Part shown: positions 1 to 10,436 of the stretch, one piece after another | How the letters are laid out: every line of letters starts with the position of its first letter | Position numbering within the stretch: the stretch's first letter is position 1 | Source of the DNA: Fidelibacterota bacterium | GTDB taxonomy: Bacteria > Fidelibacterota > UBA2242 | Assembly (NCBI GenBank): GCA_049975265.1 | Contig: JBNGDF010000009.1 | Location: 10,295 to 74,294, forward strand | Length of the DNA stretch: 64,000 nucleotides | Direction: 5' to 3' | Position numbers and translations under genes: made by a program | Notes under the pieces: generated by a model | The model's database searches: none | Seen by the model: the letters and a program-made list of their open reading frames with translations, nothing else | What the model was told of the DNA's origin: nothing

Positions 1-28
1 GGAAATTTTCTATAAAATTAAAAAATAG

Positions 29-42
29 TTGATTTTAATCAA
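29..42. promoter_or_regulatory. FNR/CRP-family-type operator TTGAT-N4-ATCAA
   Basis: Sequence ttgat-ttta-atcaa is an exact match to the FNR consensus, upstream of hydrogenase maturation genes; AT-rich context makes a chance match possible. Confidence 0.5.
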
Positions 43-254
43 ATGAATCATGCGTTAGGGGAATTCATTAATCATCAGCCTGACGCTCTTGAAAATAACT
101 GCATAAATACCTTTCTTGTAACGGCAAATCATTGTAAATTTCCCCCGGTTTTTTACCTGAGATGAAGGATTAATCTAACATCAAGGGGTGTGAAAAAGAC
201 AACGATCAGAATCGGCGTAATTTCCATCCCTTGTCACAACGGATGGATTTTTTT

Positions 255-503
255 ATGGAAAAACGGGTTCACACCACAACCATCACGGTTTATGACCGGG
301 ATGCGTCCTATCAGCAGGTGGGCGAACTGCTGCACAGCCACGCAAAGAGTATCCTTTTGCGCGTCGGCTATCCTCTGGAAAAGCACAATGCGGCGATCAT
401 TTTTCTGATCCTGGAGATGACCACCGATGAACTGGGTGCGCTGACCGGAAAACTGGGTCAGATTCCAACAGTCAGAGTGAAATCCACAACCCTGAAAGTA
501 TAG
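255..503 (+). CDS. TM1266-family iron-only hydrogenase system putative regulator (ACT-like)
   Basis: MEKR...VGELLH...ILLRVGYP...GALTGKLGQIPTVRVKS pattern; directly upstream of hydE; ATG at 255 preferred over ORF-track 231. Confidence 0.85.
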   Translation: MEKRVHTTTITVYDRDASYQQVGELLHSHAKSILLRVGYPLEKHNAAIIFLILEMTTDELGALTGKLGQIPTVRVKSTTLKV

Positions 504-508
504 CGCTG

Positions 509-1573
509 ATGAGGTTATCCGAACGGAAAATCCGCAATTATCTGGATGGCAAGGATGATGCCGCTCTATTCGCTGAAGCCGACAGGGTTCGGCGGGAGGT
601 ATTTGGTGAGGGCGTCTATCTGCGCGGTATTCTGGAATTTTCCAATTACTGTCGCCGGAATTGTCTCTATTGCGGCTTGCGGCGGGATAACCGGCAAATC
701 GTACGCTATCGTCTCAGCACTGCGGAGATTTTGGATGGTGTGGCTGAGATCGCCGCCGCTGGAGTAAAGACGGTGGTTCTACAGACCGGTGAAGACCCTT
801 TCTATTCTGCTCGCGAAATTGCCCGGATCATCACCGCGATCAAGTCACGCTATGAGATCGCCGTTACTCTGTCACTGGGCGAACGCAGCCGGGAGACCTA
901 TCGGCTCTGGCGGGAAGCCGGAGCAGACCGTTATCTGCTGCGCATGGAGACATTCAACAGGGATAATTATGCCCGGGTACGCCCGCAACGTGTCTGGGAA
1001 AAGCGTCTGGAGTGCCTTGAGAGCTTGCGGGAGATGGATTATGAGGTCGGTTCGGGTATCATGGTTGGGCTGCCCGGTGATGAATTTGAAGATATTGTCA
1101 CAGCTGTCCGGGGGTTGACGAGATTGCAGCTGGATATGATCGGCACAGGACCCTTTATCGCCCATCCCCGGACACCGTTTGCCGATCAGCCCGACGGCAA
1201 TATTGATTTGACACTGCGGGTTTATGCGCTGCTGAGAATCCTGAATCCGCTGGCAAATATCCCGTCAACAAGCGCCATGGAAAGCGCCAGACCGGGAGGG
1301 AGAATGCGGGGTTTACAGGTGGGTGCCAATGTGATTATGCCGTCGTTTACACCGCCGCGGGTGCGGGAATTATACAATATTTATCCGGGCAAGAACGTCC
1401 AGCGGGACATTGATGATAACTATTCATCTGCATTGGCAATGATCGTAAAAGCCGGGTACCGGGCGGATTTTGCAAGGGGGGATTCGCCGGTGAAAAGTAA
1501 TAAGGATAAAGTTCAAAGTGTAAAGGTGAAAGTGGAGGGTAGGGTTATTAGTGAGAATGAGCCGGCACGATGA
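509..1573 (+). CDS. hydE: [FeFe]-hydrogenase maturase HydE (radical SAM)
   Basis: CRRNCLYC radical SAM motif, GPFIAHP, GANVIMP, C-terminal YNIYPGK; clustered with hydG/hydF. Confidence 0.9.
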   Translation: MRLSERKIRNYLDGKDDAALFAEADRVRREVFGEGVYLRGILEFSNYCRRNCLYCGLRRDNRQIVRYRLSTAEILDGVAEIAAAGVKTVVLQTGEDPFYSAREIARIITAIKSRYEIAVTLSLGERSRETYRLWREAGADRYLLRMETFNRDNYARVRPQRVWEKRLECLESLREMDYEVGSGIMVGLPGDEFEDIVTAVRGLTRLQLDMIGTGPFIAHPRTPFADQPDGNIDLTLRVYALLRILNPLANIPSTSAMESARPGGRMRGLQVGANVIMPSFTPPRVRELYNIYPGKNVQRDIDDNYSSALAMIVKAGYRADFARGDSPVKSNKDKVQSVKVKVEGRVISENEPAR

Positions 1574-1624
1574 GAGACGGAATAATATCACTATTTACCT
1601 TTTTGATTAAAATACGAGGTAACA

Positions 1625-3148
1625 ATGTCTGAATTAACGGTACAGGAATGGGTAAAACAGGTCATCAAGCAGGATGAGATCGATAAGTACCTGATTGGCG
1701 GTAAGGATTTTATCGATGGGGAGGTCATTAAAAATGAATTGTCGGCGCATCGAAAGCCGGACAGGCAGCAGGTCTGCGACATTATCGCGAAATCGCTACG
1801 GATCGAACGTCTGGAGCCGTGGGAAACGGCAGCACTGCTGAATGTAGAGGACCCGGATATCTGGGAAGAGATGTATGCGGCGGGTCTGGCGGTCAAGCGC
1901 AAGGTTTATGACAACCGGATTGTCTTTTTTGCACCGCTCTACTGCAGCAATCTCTGCGTGAATAATTGTGCCTACTGCGGTTTCCGCTATGATAATAAAG
2001 ACGAAAAGCGCCGGATACTCTCGATGGATGAAGTGCGGCAGGAGACTGAGGCTGTGATTTCCGAAGGGCATAAACGCATGATCGTCGTCTATGGTGAACA
2101 TCCCCGTTCCGATGCCGAATATATCGCCCGCACGATTGAGACCATTTATGGTGTGAAAAAGAGAGCCGGCCGCGGTTTTGGTGAAATTCGTCGTGTGAAT
2201 ATCAACGCCGCACCAATGTCTATTGCCGACCTGAAAAGACTCTGGAATGTGGGCATCGGCACCTATCAGGTCTTCCAGGAAACCTATCATAAACCTACGT
2301 ATGCGGCGCTTCATCCGGCGAACACGATCAAGGGCAATTATCGCTGGCGCCTGTATGCCCTGCACCGAGCGATGGAGGCAGGCATTGATGATCTGGCGAT
2401 CGGTGCGCTGTTCGGGCTTTATGACTGGCGTTTTGAGGTGATGGGATTGTTGTATCACGCCATTGATCTGGAACGGCAATTCGGAATCGGTCCCCATACG
2501 ATCTCCTTTCCCCGCATGACGCCGGCATCGGGCTCTTTTGTGAGTACTCATTCAAAATATCTTGTAAACGATGAGGATTTCAAAAAGTTGGTCACCGTCC
2601 TGCGGCTCTCGGTACCCTATACGGGATTGATTATCACCGCTCGAGAGCGAGCGAATTTACGCCGGGAAGTGATCAGAGTCGGCTGTACCCAGACCGACGC
2701 CTCCACGAAAATCGGTATTGGTGGCTACACCGAAGCGCTGAAAAAACTCAGTCAGCTGGAAAAGTCGGACCAGGAAATCGATAAACAGCAGTTTACCCTC
2801 GGTGATACCCGCCGTCTGGATGATGTGGTACGGGAACTGGCGAAGATGGGCATGATTACATCGTTCTGCACCGCCGGATACCGCTGCGGACGAACCGGGG
2901 ATAAAATCATGGGCTTGCTGAAGAGCTGCACCGAGGGCAAATTCTGCAAACTGAACGCCGTACTAACATTTCGGGAATATCTGGACGATTATGCCTCTCC
3001 GGAGACAAAAGCCGTCGGCGAGCAGCTGATCGAAAAGGAGCTGGCGGAGATTCGTCAAATTCCCTTTTTCCGGAAAGGAACTCTTCTGCAGACTTTTGAA
3101 AAGATGTATCGGGACACGCTGAATGGAAAACGGGATGTATATATTTAG
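1625..3148 (+). CDS. hydG: [FeFe]-hydrogenase maturase HydG (radical SAM)
   Basis: FAPLYCSNLCVNNCAYC, FQETYH, GPHTISFPR, C-terminal SFCTAGYRC...FC auxiliary-cluster motif. Confidence 0.95.
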   Translation: MSELTVQEWVKQVIKQDEIDKYLIGGKDFIDGEVIKNELSAHRKPDRQQVCDIIAKSLRIERLEPWETAALLNVEDPDIWEEMYAAGLAVKRKVYDNRIVFFAPLYCSNLCVNNCAYCGFRYDNKDEKRRILSMDEVRQETEAVISEGHKRMIVVYGEHPRSDAEYIARTIETIYGVKKRAGRGFGEIRRVNINAAPMSIADLKRLWNVGIGTYQVFQETYHKPTYAALHPANTIKGNYRWRLYALHRAMEAGIDDLAIGALFGLYDWRFEVMGLLYHAIDLERQFGIGPHTISFPRMTPASGSFVSTHSKYLVNDEDFKKLVTVLRLSVPYTGLIITARERANLRREVIRVGCTQTDASTKIGIGGYTEALKKLSQLEKSDQEIDKQQFTLGDTRRLDDVVRELAKMGMITSFCTAGYRCGRTGDKIMGLLKSCTEGKFCKLNAVLTFREYLDDYASPETKAVGEQLIEKELAEIRQIPFFRKGTLLQTFEKMYRDTLNGKRDVYI

Positions 3149-3153
3149 GTTTA

Positions 3154-3486
3154 TTGGAATGTAAGAGTTCGTGTATGGGCACTATCGAGAAAAGCAGGAC
3201 AACGGTCGCGCGGATCCGAGATATCTGTTTTCAGAAGAAAGGGACATTGCAGTATAAATTGCTGAGCATCGCAAGGGAACTGGCAGATTACCTTGAGACG
3301 GAGGTCTATTTTTGCAAGATCAGGGGCAGACGCTGGTCTTTTGTGGCAGGGAGTGGTGACGTGCTTTGTGGTTCATACCGACTGCGATTGTCCGATAAAT
3401 GGGGATTGATTTCTGAACGGAAGATCACACCAAGCCACTCTGTTCAGCTCATTATCAGCATGATACAAGAGATGCTAACAGGCTGA
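3154..3486 (+). CDS. Hypothetical protein inside the hyd maturation cluster
   Basis: 110-codon ORF filling the hydG-hydF gap on the same strand; start uncertain (TTG 3154 or ATG 3175). Confidence 0.6.
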   Translation: MECKSSCMGTIEKSRTTVARIRDICFQKKGTLQYKLLSIARELADYLETEVYFCKIRGRRWSFVAGSGDVLCGSYRLRLSDKWGLISERKITPSHSVQLIISMIQEMLTG

Positions 3487-3592
3487 TAGCCTGCAGGTTA
3501 GGACAATTACTTATAGCAAAAAAAATGATAGTGAAAGCGTCCGTGATAATAATAACAATACAAGTAAAGCCGGGATAAGAAAGCTAGCAGGT

Positions 3593-4861
3593 ATGATTAA
3601 AACACCCAAAGGACTGCGGCTGCATATCGGCATTTTCGGACGCCGGAATGTCGGCAAATCGTCATTGATTAATGCCCTGACACGGCAGAACGTATCGATC
3701 GTATCGGATGTGGCGGGAACCACCACAGATCCGGTGGAAAAACCGATGGAGCTGTTGCCGATTGGACCGGTAATTTTCATCGATACGGCAGGTATTGATG
3801 ATGACAGTATTTTAGGAGTCATGCGAACGACACAGACAAAAAAGATATTTGACCGTACCGACCTGGCGATTATCGTTACTACCGGCAGAGGCTGGGGGGC
3901 TTTTGAAGAGGAGCTGCAGAAAGAGTTTGATCATCGCGCTATTCCATTTATTGTTGTTTTTAATAAAAGCGATCTGGAAACTCCGGACCCTGCCATTGCA
4001 AAAAAATTAACGGGAAATAATATTCTCGCTGTCAGCACAATCGCAACGGATTCAACGGGGCTGTTTGACTTGCGCGAGGCGATTATCCGGAAAACACCGC
4101 CTGATATCATCAATGCGCCGAAAATTATCGGTGACCTGATCAAGCCGGGTGAACTGGTAGTTCTGGTGGTACCGATTGATAAAGAGGCGCCGAAAGGGCG
4201 GTTGATTTTGCCACAGGTCCAGACGATTCGGGAGATTTTGGACAGTAATGCCTATTGCATTGTGGTCAAAGAGAATGAATTGCGCACGGCGCTGCAGAAA
4301 TTGAAGACCAAGCCGGCGATGGTTGTTACCGACTCCCAGGCATTTATAAAGGTTGCCGCTGACACGCCGGGAGATGTGCCGATGACCTCCTTTTCGATTC
4401 TTTTTGCCCGGATTAAAGGCAATCTCGCAGAGTTGGTGCGCGGCGCGATGATGATTGACACGCTCCTGCCCGGCGACCGGGTTTTAGTAGCCGAAGCCTG
4501 TACCCATCACCCGATTACCGACGATATCGGTACGGTGAAAATTCCCCGCTGGCTGAATCAGTATGTGGGCGGCGAGCTGCGTTTCGGTCATGCGCAGGGC
4601 CATGATTATCCCGACGATCTGGAGAAGTACCGGCTGGTTATTCATTGCGGCTCCTGTATGTTCAACCGGCGGGAGATGCTTTCACGAATGATGCATGCCA
4701 AGCGGGCGGGTGTACCGATCACGAATTATGGTCTCACGATAGCCTATACACTGGGTATTTTTGAGAGGGCTCTGGAACCCTTTCCGGAGATTTTGGAGAT
4801 GTACCGTCGCGAAAAAAACAGGGACTTCCCTGCGAAAGTCCCTGAGATGAATACTGAGTAA
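3593..4861 (+). CDS. hydF: [FeFe]-hydrogenase maturation GTPase HydF
   Basis: GRRNVGKS, GTTTD, DTAG, NKSD GTPase motifs; APKGRLILPQ; ACTHH...HCGSC FeS motif. Confidence 0.95.
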   Translation: MIKTPKGLRLHIGIFGRRNVGKSSLINALTRQNVSIVSDVAGTTTDPVEKPMELLPIGPVIFIDTAGIDDDSILGVMRTTQTKKIFDRTDLAIIVTTGRGWGAFEEELQKEFDHRAIPFIVVFNKSDLETPDPAIAKKLTGNNILAVSTIATDSTGLFDLREAIIRKTPPDIINAPKIIGDLIKPGELVVLVVPIDKEAPKGRLILPQVQTIREILDSNAYCIVVKENELRTALQKLKTKPAMVVTDSQAFIKVAADTPGDVPMTSFSILFARIKGNLAELVRGAMMIDTLLPGDRVLVAEACTHHPITDDIGTVKIPRWLNQYVGGELRFGHAQGHDYPDDLEKYRLVIHCGSCMFNRREMLSRMMHAKRAGVPITNYGLTIAYTLGIFERALEPFPEILEMYRREKNRDFPAKVPEMNTE

Positions 4862-4875
4862 CCGGTCAGCCGGTA

Positions 4876-5058
4876 CTATTCCTGCGATTCTTCCACTACC
4901 GCATCCCTGGCATATTTGATGACCTGCTCTACCTGGCGGATGCAATCTTCCTTTGAATCAAAGCCCATTCCCGATACACCGACGATTTCCTGATCATCGG
5001 TTTTCAGGCGCCAGCGCCACTGATCGGCTTTATCGATATACAACTGCAAAATGGACAT
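4876..5058 (-). CDS. YegP/DUF1508 family protein
   Basis: YIDKADQWRWRLK...IVGVSGMGFDSKEDC pattern; AGGAG RBS upstream. Confidence 0.8.
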   Translation of the reverse strand: MSILQLYIDKADQWRWRLKTDDQEIVGVSGMGFDSKEDCIRQVEQVIKYARDAVVEESQE

Positions 5059-5070
5059 GATTAATTGCTC

Positions 5071-6102
5071 CTAACGTTTCTTAAAACTTTTGATGGCTTG
5101 CATATCTTCAAGGTCGATTTTGTTCTGGGATTTCGCCAGAATGGAGGGATCATACAGCTGGGCGACCCAGAGATAATATTTGGCGTCCTCTTTCCCCAGT
5201 TTTTTATAGATTAAATAGGCTTGCAGGTAACCTTCGGCAACCTTGAGTCGGTCGTTTTTACTGAGTTTTTGATAGCTGCCTTCCAGTGCGGGAATCAGCA
5301 ATTCGATACCCAACCACAAAATGTCCGGATTTCGGATCTTTGGGGTATTGGCGTTGTAGATATTGGGCCAGAGAAAGGCGTCGGAATAGTAGTCGTCCGC
5401 CAGATCCCAGAGCCGGTCACCTTTGACGACGGTGTGATAGATATCCATGGGAGTTGGTTTCGGAGTTCTCTCAAGTTCGGGGGATGTAACTTCGGTTTCC
5501 AGCTCTGTTGCTTCGGGTTCTTCTGCAATGTCTGGTGCCGGTTCGACGGGAGGCGAGGGTAGAATCGGTTCTGGCTGGACCTCTTCCGGTACGTCGGAAA
5601 TGATCTCCAGCGCTTCCGGCTCGGGTTTGGATTTATCCCGCAGTGACAGCAGAATTATCAGGATGATGATAATTGCCACGGAACCGATGGATGTGATCAG
5701 AGCCCAGTTTGGTCGTTTCCACTTTTCGGGCTCGGATGTAAATGACGATTCGCGCATCAGCGGCTGAACATCATCAGGATGCTCGGGCAGATTCTCCTCG
5801 ATGATTTCTTCGATTTCCTTCGTCTCTTCGGGCTTCTCTTCAGGCTCCGGTTCCGGTTCCGATGCTTCTATCGGTTCTTTGACAGATTCCGGGGCTTCCC
5901 GGTGAACTGTGAACTCCTCTTCGGTTTCATAAATGCGCACCTCAGAGATATCGGGGAGTTCCCTGGCGGTGTTGAGGTCGTCCAGACACTCTTCTTTTGT
6001 GTCGAAGCCTTCGCCGGAAACAGCGATAATATCGCCTTCGTCATTCCGGAGACGCCAGCGCCACTGACCGCCCTTGTCAATATAATATTGAAATACTGCC
6101 AT
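5071..6102 (-). CDS. YegP/DUF1508 domain - acidic linker - TM helix - LysM protein
   Basis: N-terminal YIDKGGQWRWRL...SGEGF; TM WALITSIGSVAIIIILIILL; LysM HTVVKGDRLWDLA...WPNIYNAN...NPDIL; GAGGAG RBS. Confidence 0.85.
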   Translation of the reverse strand: MAVFQYYIDKGGQWRWRLRNDEGDIIAVSGEGFDTKEECLDDLNTARELPDISEVRIYETEEEFTVHREAPESVKEPIEASEPEPEPEEKPEETKEIEEIIEENLPEHPDDVQPLMRESSFTSEPEKWKRPNWALITSIGSVAIIIILIILLSLRDKSKPEPEALEIISDVPEEVQPEPILPSPPVEPAPDIAEEPEATELETEVTSPELERTPKPTPMDIYHTVVKGDRLWDLADDYYSDAFLWPNIYNANTPKIRNPDILWLGIELLIPALEGSYQKLSKNDRLKVAEGYLQAYLIYKKLGKEDAKYYLWVAQLYDPSILAKSQNKIDLEDMQAIKSFKKR

Positions 6103-6317
6103 TGTCTCTCCTCTCTGATCATGTATACATTATGCAATAAAATAAATGAAATTTTAGTAAAACCAAAAGAAAAATTATGAATCTTCAAGCAGATGTATCA
6201 ATAAGATAGGCGAGTTGCTTTAGAATTTAATTGAACTAACAAAAAAATATGATTGCAGCTGCTTTTCCTGAAACCTTTTCTGCTTCAAATACTCTAATTA
6301 CAAAAAAAGGAAGGAAT

Positions 6318-6821
6318 ATGAAGAAAAATATTTGGGGATTTCTGGTCATTCTGGTGGTTTTGTTCCAGGTTCAGAGCGTTGCCGGTCAGTCATGGTATGA
6401 ATACACAGAGGGTATGCAGCAGGCTGAAACCGCCGGCAAGCATCTGGTAATTGATTTTTATGCCGACTGGTGCCACTGGTGCAAGGTAATGGAGAAAGAG
6501 ACCTTTTCCGATCCGGAAGTAGAGGAGTACCTCTTTGAAAATTTTATTCCCATCAAATTGGACTCCGACAACAATACCCGGATCATCACCTTTCACGGGC
6601 AGCAGATGACACCGCGGCAACTAACCTCGGCGTTTCGGGTCACCGGTCTTCCATCCCTGGCATTTTTGACGCCCGACCTGGAGGTAATCACCGTAATTCC
6701 TGGTTATATAAAGAAAGATATGTTTTTGAATATTCTGAAATATATGGAGCAGGAATGCTATAAATCCCAGATGCCTTTTGAGGAATTCCTGGAAAAGGGG
6801 TGCGACGATAACAATAAGTAA
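6318..6821 (+). CDS. Exported thioredoxin-fold protein (SoxW/DsbD-gamma-like)
   Basis: Signal peptide MKKNIWGFLVILVV; FYADWCHWCK CxxC; GLP cis-Pro loop; AAGGAAGG RBS before ATG 6318. Confidence 0.85.
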   Translation: MKKNIWGFLVILVVLFQVQSVAGQSWYEYTEGMQQAETAGKHLVIDFYADWCHWCKVMEKETFSDPEVEEYLFENFIPIKLDSDNNTRIITFHGQQMTPRQLTSAFRVTGLPSLAFLTPDLEVITVIPGYIKKDMFLNILKYMEQECYKSQMPFEEFLEKGCDDNNK

Positions 6822-7082
6822 TGGCTTTTACCGTATCTGAAAATCTTTTATTGTATGTAATGGATTTGTAATGATACTTTGTTCTATGTTTCATTGAGAT
6901 AGTGTCAATCAGGCAGGGCTGCTTCACATCTGAGTTTGTTTTGTTGTTCTGACACTGGTAAATGGTCGTCCAATATTCTGCCGCGATTTAATATTATCGG
7001 TTTGGTGACAAACTCGGCAGTCGATTACCAGTTTGATATTTTACGGCAATAGGGTATATTAACGTCTTATTTTAATCGTGAT

Positions 7083-8093
7083 TTGTTTATGCGCCACCAC
7101 TGGAATCCAATAATACGACAACTAAAGTCAGCGGCAAAAGTTTTGCTGACGACTCATATTAATCCAGACGGGGATGCGATCGGTTCGGAGATGGCACTTT
7201 ATCACTGCCTGCAAAGCATGCAAAAACCTACGGAAATTTTGAACAGTTCCGCACTTCCTGAGGAATATGCCTTTCTGGACACCGCTAAAGTGATCCGCCA
7301 GTATGTTCCAGAAAGGGATGCCGGTCGCCTGCGGGAATTCGATCTGGCTTTTATTCTGGATGTGGGTGGCATTACCCGCATCGGCAGTCTGGGCGATGAT
7401 CTGGCTCGGGCAAAGATTCCCTGTGTCTGCATCGATCACCATCCCGAAAACCATATTGTATGCGATTTTAAAATTGTGGACGAGTCGGAAGCGGCGACCT
7501 GTTGTCTGATTTACGAACTGATCAGGCGTATCAATCCGGAATGTATCCGTCGTGAAGTCGCCGAAGCGATATATGTCGGTCTGATGACCGATACAGGTTC
7601 CTTTCGGTTTGAGAATGCGACTCAGAAGGCGTTCCGGCTTGCGGCGGAATTGCTGGAATATGATGTTCGACCTAACGAGATATACAATCGCATATACGAG
7701 AGTCATTCACCCCGACGGATGACGCTGTTGGGCAAGATTCTGCAGCAGATACATTATGAAGAAGACGGCAGACTGGCGTGGTTTACCATCCGGCAAAGCG
7801 ATCTGCAGGAAGCCAACGTCGCCTCTGATGAAATCGGCGGTTTCACCGACTTCATTCGTTCCATCAGAGGTGTGGAAGTGGCGGTCATGTTTCTGGAACT
7901 CGGTTCCCAGCAGGTACGTGTAAATCTGCGCTCCAAGGGAGATGTGATTGTGAACGAGATTGCCCGTCAGTTCAATGGTGGCGGTCACTACTATGCTGCC
8001 GGACTGACCTATGAGGGCACCGTTGAAGCGGCTGTGGGTGCGTTGATTCCGGCGATTCGGCGTGTCCTGAAAAAAAGAGGAGCTAGAGATTGA
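7083..8093 (+). CDS. nrnA: DHH/DHHA1 phosphoesterase (nanoRNase/pAp phosphatase NrnA)
   Basis: [30 protein letters not shown] motifs. Confidence 0.9.
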   Translation: MFMRHHWNPIIRQLKSAAKVLLTTHINPDGDAIGSEMALYHCLQSMQKPTEILNSSALPEEYAFLDTAKVIRQYVPERDAGRLREFDLAFILDVGGITRIGSLGDDLARAKIPCVCIDHHPENHIVCDFKIVDESEAATCCLIYELIRRINPECIRREVAEAIYVGLMTDTGSFRFENATQKAFRLAAELLEYDVRPNEIYNRIYESHSPRRMTLLGKILQQIHYEEDGRLAWFTIRQSDLQEANVASDEIGGFTDFIRSIRGVEVAVMFLELGSQQVRVNLRSKGDVIVNEIARQFNGGGHYYAAGLTYEGTVEAAVGALIPAIRRVLKKRGARD

Positions 8094-8647
8094 GTATTCG
8101 ACCCGACTGGTGGATTGAAGCAATGTGTGAAAAGCACAAAATGATCGAACCTTTTGAGAAGGGACAGATCAGCAAGGGGGTCGTCTCTTACGGAATTTCC
8201 GCGTACGGTTACGACCTGCGTATTGCCGATGAATTCAGGATTCCGATATTTTCGGACAAAGCGGTGATTGATCCAAAGAGTGTTGGTGATTCCCTTTTTG
8301 AGAGCATCATTGCCAAGGAATGTATCATACCGGCGAATAGTTATGTATTGGCGCGCAGTCTGGAATATTTTCGCATTCCCCGCAATGTCGTCACATTGAC
8401 AACAGGGAAATCAACCTATGCCCGTTGCGGAATTCTGGTCAATGTTACCCCCTTTGAGCCGGAATGGGAGGGATTTGTCACCATTTCAATATCCAATACG
8501 GCGCCGGTTCCGGTAAAAATCTATGCCAATGAGGGGTTGGCGCAGGTCCTCTTTTTTGAAAGCGATGATGAATGCCGGGTTTCCTATGCTGATAAAAAGG
8601 GTAAATACCAGGCGCAGAAAACCATTACTCCGGCAAGAGTAAAATGA
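8090..8647 (+). CDS. dcd: dCTP deaminase
   Basis: [46 protein letters not shown]. Confidence 0.95.
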   Translation: MSIRPDWWIEAMCEKHKMIEPFEKGQISKGVVSYGISAYGYDLRIADEFRIPIFSDKAVIDPKSVGDSLFESIIAKECIIPANSYVLARSLEYFRIPRNVVTLTTGKSTYARCGILVNVTPFEPEWEGFVTISISNTAPVPVKIYANEGLAQVLFFESDDECRVSYADKKGKYQAQKTITPARVK

Positions 8648-9489
8648 GCAAGCTGACCATCAACATCGCCAAAGACGCCGGGTTTTGTATGGGGGTCCGG
8701 CGTGCCATTGAAATCGCGAAAAAAGCCGCACAACAGTACGGTAGAGTTGCTATGCTGGGCGATATTGTCCATAATGAGGGAGTTGTCAGGGAGTTGGAAC
8801 AGGCAGGGATTGTCGTTTATGATGATTTGGATCAGATTCCGCCGGAAATGCCGGTCATTTTTCGTTCACACGGAACCCGGGCAGACATCCGGCAGCGGGC
8901 ACAAGCGCGGGGGATGACGATCATCGATGCAACCTGTCCGTTAGTGAAGGAGATTCACCGGGCTGCGCGGGAACTGGCGGTGGAAGGTCGCCGGGTCATT
9001 ATTATCGGTGACCATGGACATGACGAGGTCGAGGCGATTGCCGGTGAAATCGCAGACCCGCTGATAATTGCCGATGAGTCGGAAACTGTCGCCATACCGA
9101 AAATCGGTCAGGCTGGTGTCGTCATTCAGTCCACTCAGTTTCGGGAAAATGTGGACGCCATTTTGGCGAAATTGATCTGGAAAATCAGCGATGTGCGAAT
9201 TATCAACACGATCTGCAAACCCACCCGCAACCGGCAGGTGCAAATCCGGGAACTTGCCAGAGAAAACGACGTTATGTTGATTGTGGGCTCTTTTACCAGT
9301 GCAAATACAAAACGGTTGACGGGCATTGCAAAAAAAATCAATCCGAAAAGTTATCAAATCCGCGGTCCGGAGGATATTCAGACGGAATGGCTGCGCGGTG
9401 CTGCATCAGTGGGGATATCCGCCGGTGCTTCAACTCCTGATAAAATCGTACGGGATGTTGCAGATAAGATTGGCGCTTTAGGATTATGA
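8644..9489 (+). CDS. ispH: 4-hydroxy-3-methylbut-2-enyl diphosphate reductase
   Basis: AGFCMGV, IVHN, DATCP, TIC, SAN, AGASTP motifs. Confidence 0.95.
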   Translation: MSKLTINIAKDAGFCMGVRRAIEIAKKAAQQYGRVAMLGDIVHNEGVVRELEQAGIVVYDDLDQIPPEMPVIFRSHGTRADIRQRAQARGMTIIDATCPLVKEIHRAARELAVEGRRVIIIGDHGHDEVEAIAGEIADPLIIADESETVAIPKIGQAGVVIQSTQFRENVDAILAKLIWKISDVRIINTICKPTRNRQVQIRELARENDVMLIVGSFTSANTKRLTGIAKKINPKSYQIRGPEDIQTEWLRGAASVGISAGASTPDKIVRDVADKIGALGL

Positions 9490-9536
9490 GTAATAAATTA
9501 CAGGTTAGGTTTATTTCAGATGAGGAGTAATGTTCG

Positions 9537-10418
9537 ATGAATAAAGGTTCCTTTGAAGTAAAAGTCGGTCTGGCGGAGATGCTGAAGGGTGGCGTCATCA
9601 TGGATGTGACCACCCCGGAGCAGGCGAAAATCGCCGAAGATGCGGGTGCGGTGGCGGTCATGGCGCTGGAGCGTATTCCCGCCGATATCCGCGCCCACGG
9701 TGGAATCGCCCGAATGTCCCGCCCGGCTGTTATCAAGGCTATCCAGGAGACGGTTTCGATTCCGGTCATGGCAAAATGCCGTATCGGTCATTTTGCCGAG
9801 GCGCAGATACTCGAAGCGCTGGAGGTGGACTTTATCGATGAGAGCGAAGTGCTGACTCCGGCGGACGAAGAGAATCATATTTGGAAGCACGATTTCAAAG
9901 TTCCCTTCGTCTGCGGTTGCCGCGATCTGGGAGAAGCCCTGCGGCGGATCGGAGAGGGAGCGGCAATGATTCGCACCAAAGGCGAGGCGGGCAGTGGAAA
10001 TATCGTCGAAGCCGTGCGGCACATGCGTCTGGTCCAGAAAGAGCTGAAAGCACTGACCGTCTTGAGGGATGATGAGCTCATGGCGGCGGCGAAACGGCTG
10101 GGTGCGCCTTTTGAAATTGTCCGGCAGGTGGCAAAGACCGGGAAGTTACCGGTACCGAATTTTGCGGCAGGGGGTGTCGCGACGCCGGCGGACGCTGCGC
10201 TGATGATGCAACTGGGAGCGGAATCGGTGTTTGTTGGGTCGGGAATTTTCAAATCGGAAGACCCGCCGGCTCGGGCAAAAGCGATCGTCCTGGCGACGAC
10301 CTACTATAACGATCCGCAGAAACTCGCAGAGATTTCCATGGATCTTAAGGATGCCATGGAGGGGCTCGATATAGCATCGATTCCGGAAGAGGAACGCCTC
10401 GCCAAACGCGGCTGGTAA
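9537..10418 (+). CDS. pdxS: PLP synthase lyase subunit PdxS
   Basis: [38 protein letters not shown], ends RGW. Confidence 0.97.
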   Translation: MNKGSFEVKVGLAEMLKGGVIMDVTTPEQAKIAEDAGAVAVMALERIPADIRAHGGIARMSRPAVIKAIQETVSIPVMAKCRIGHFAEAQILEALEVDFIDESEVLTPADEENHIWKHDFKVPFVCGCRDLGEALRRIGEGAAMIRTKGEAGSGNIVEAVRHMRLVQKELKALTVLRDDELMAAAKRLGAPFEIVRQVAKTGKLPVPNFAAGGVATPADAALMMQLGAESVFVGSGIFKSEDPPARAKAIVLATTYYNDPQKLAEISMDLKDAMEGLDIASIPEEERLAKRGW

Positions 10419-10436
10419 TCGGCTCCGTGTTTATAT

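Noticed and set aside
1796..2551. 251-aa antisense ORF
   Set aside because: Lies wholly opposite hydG with no recognisable motifs; shadow ORF.
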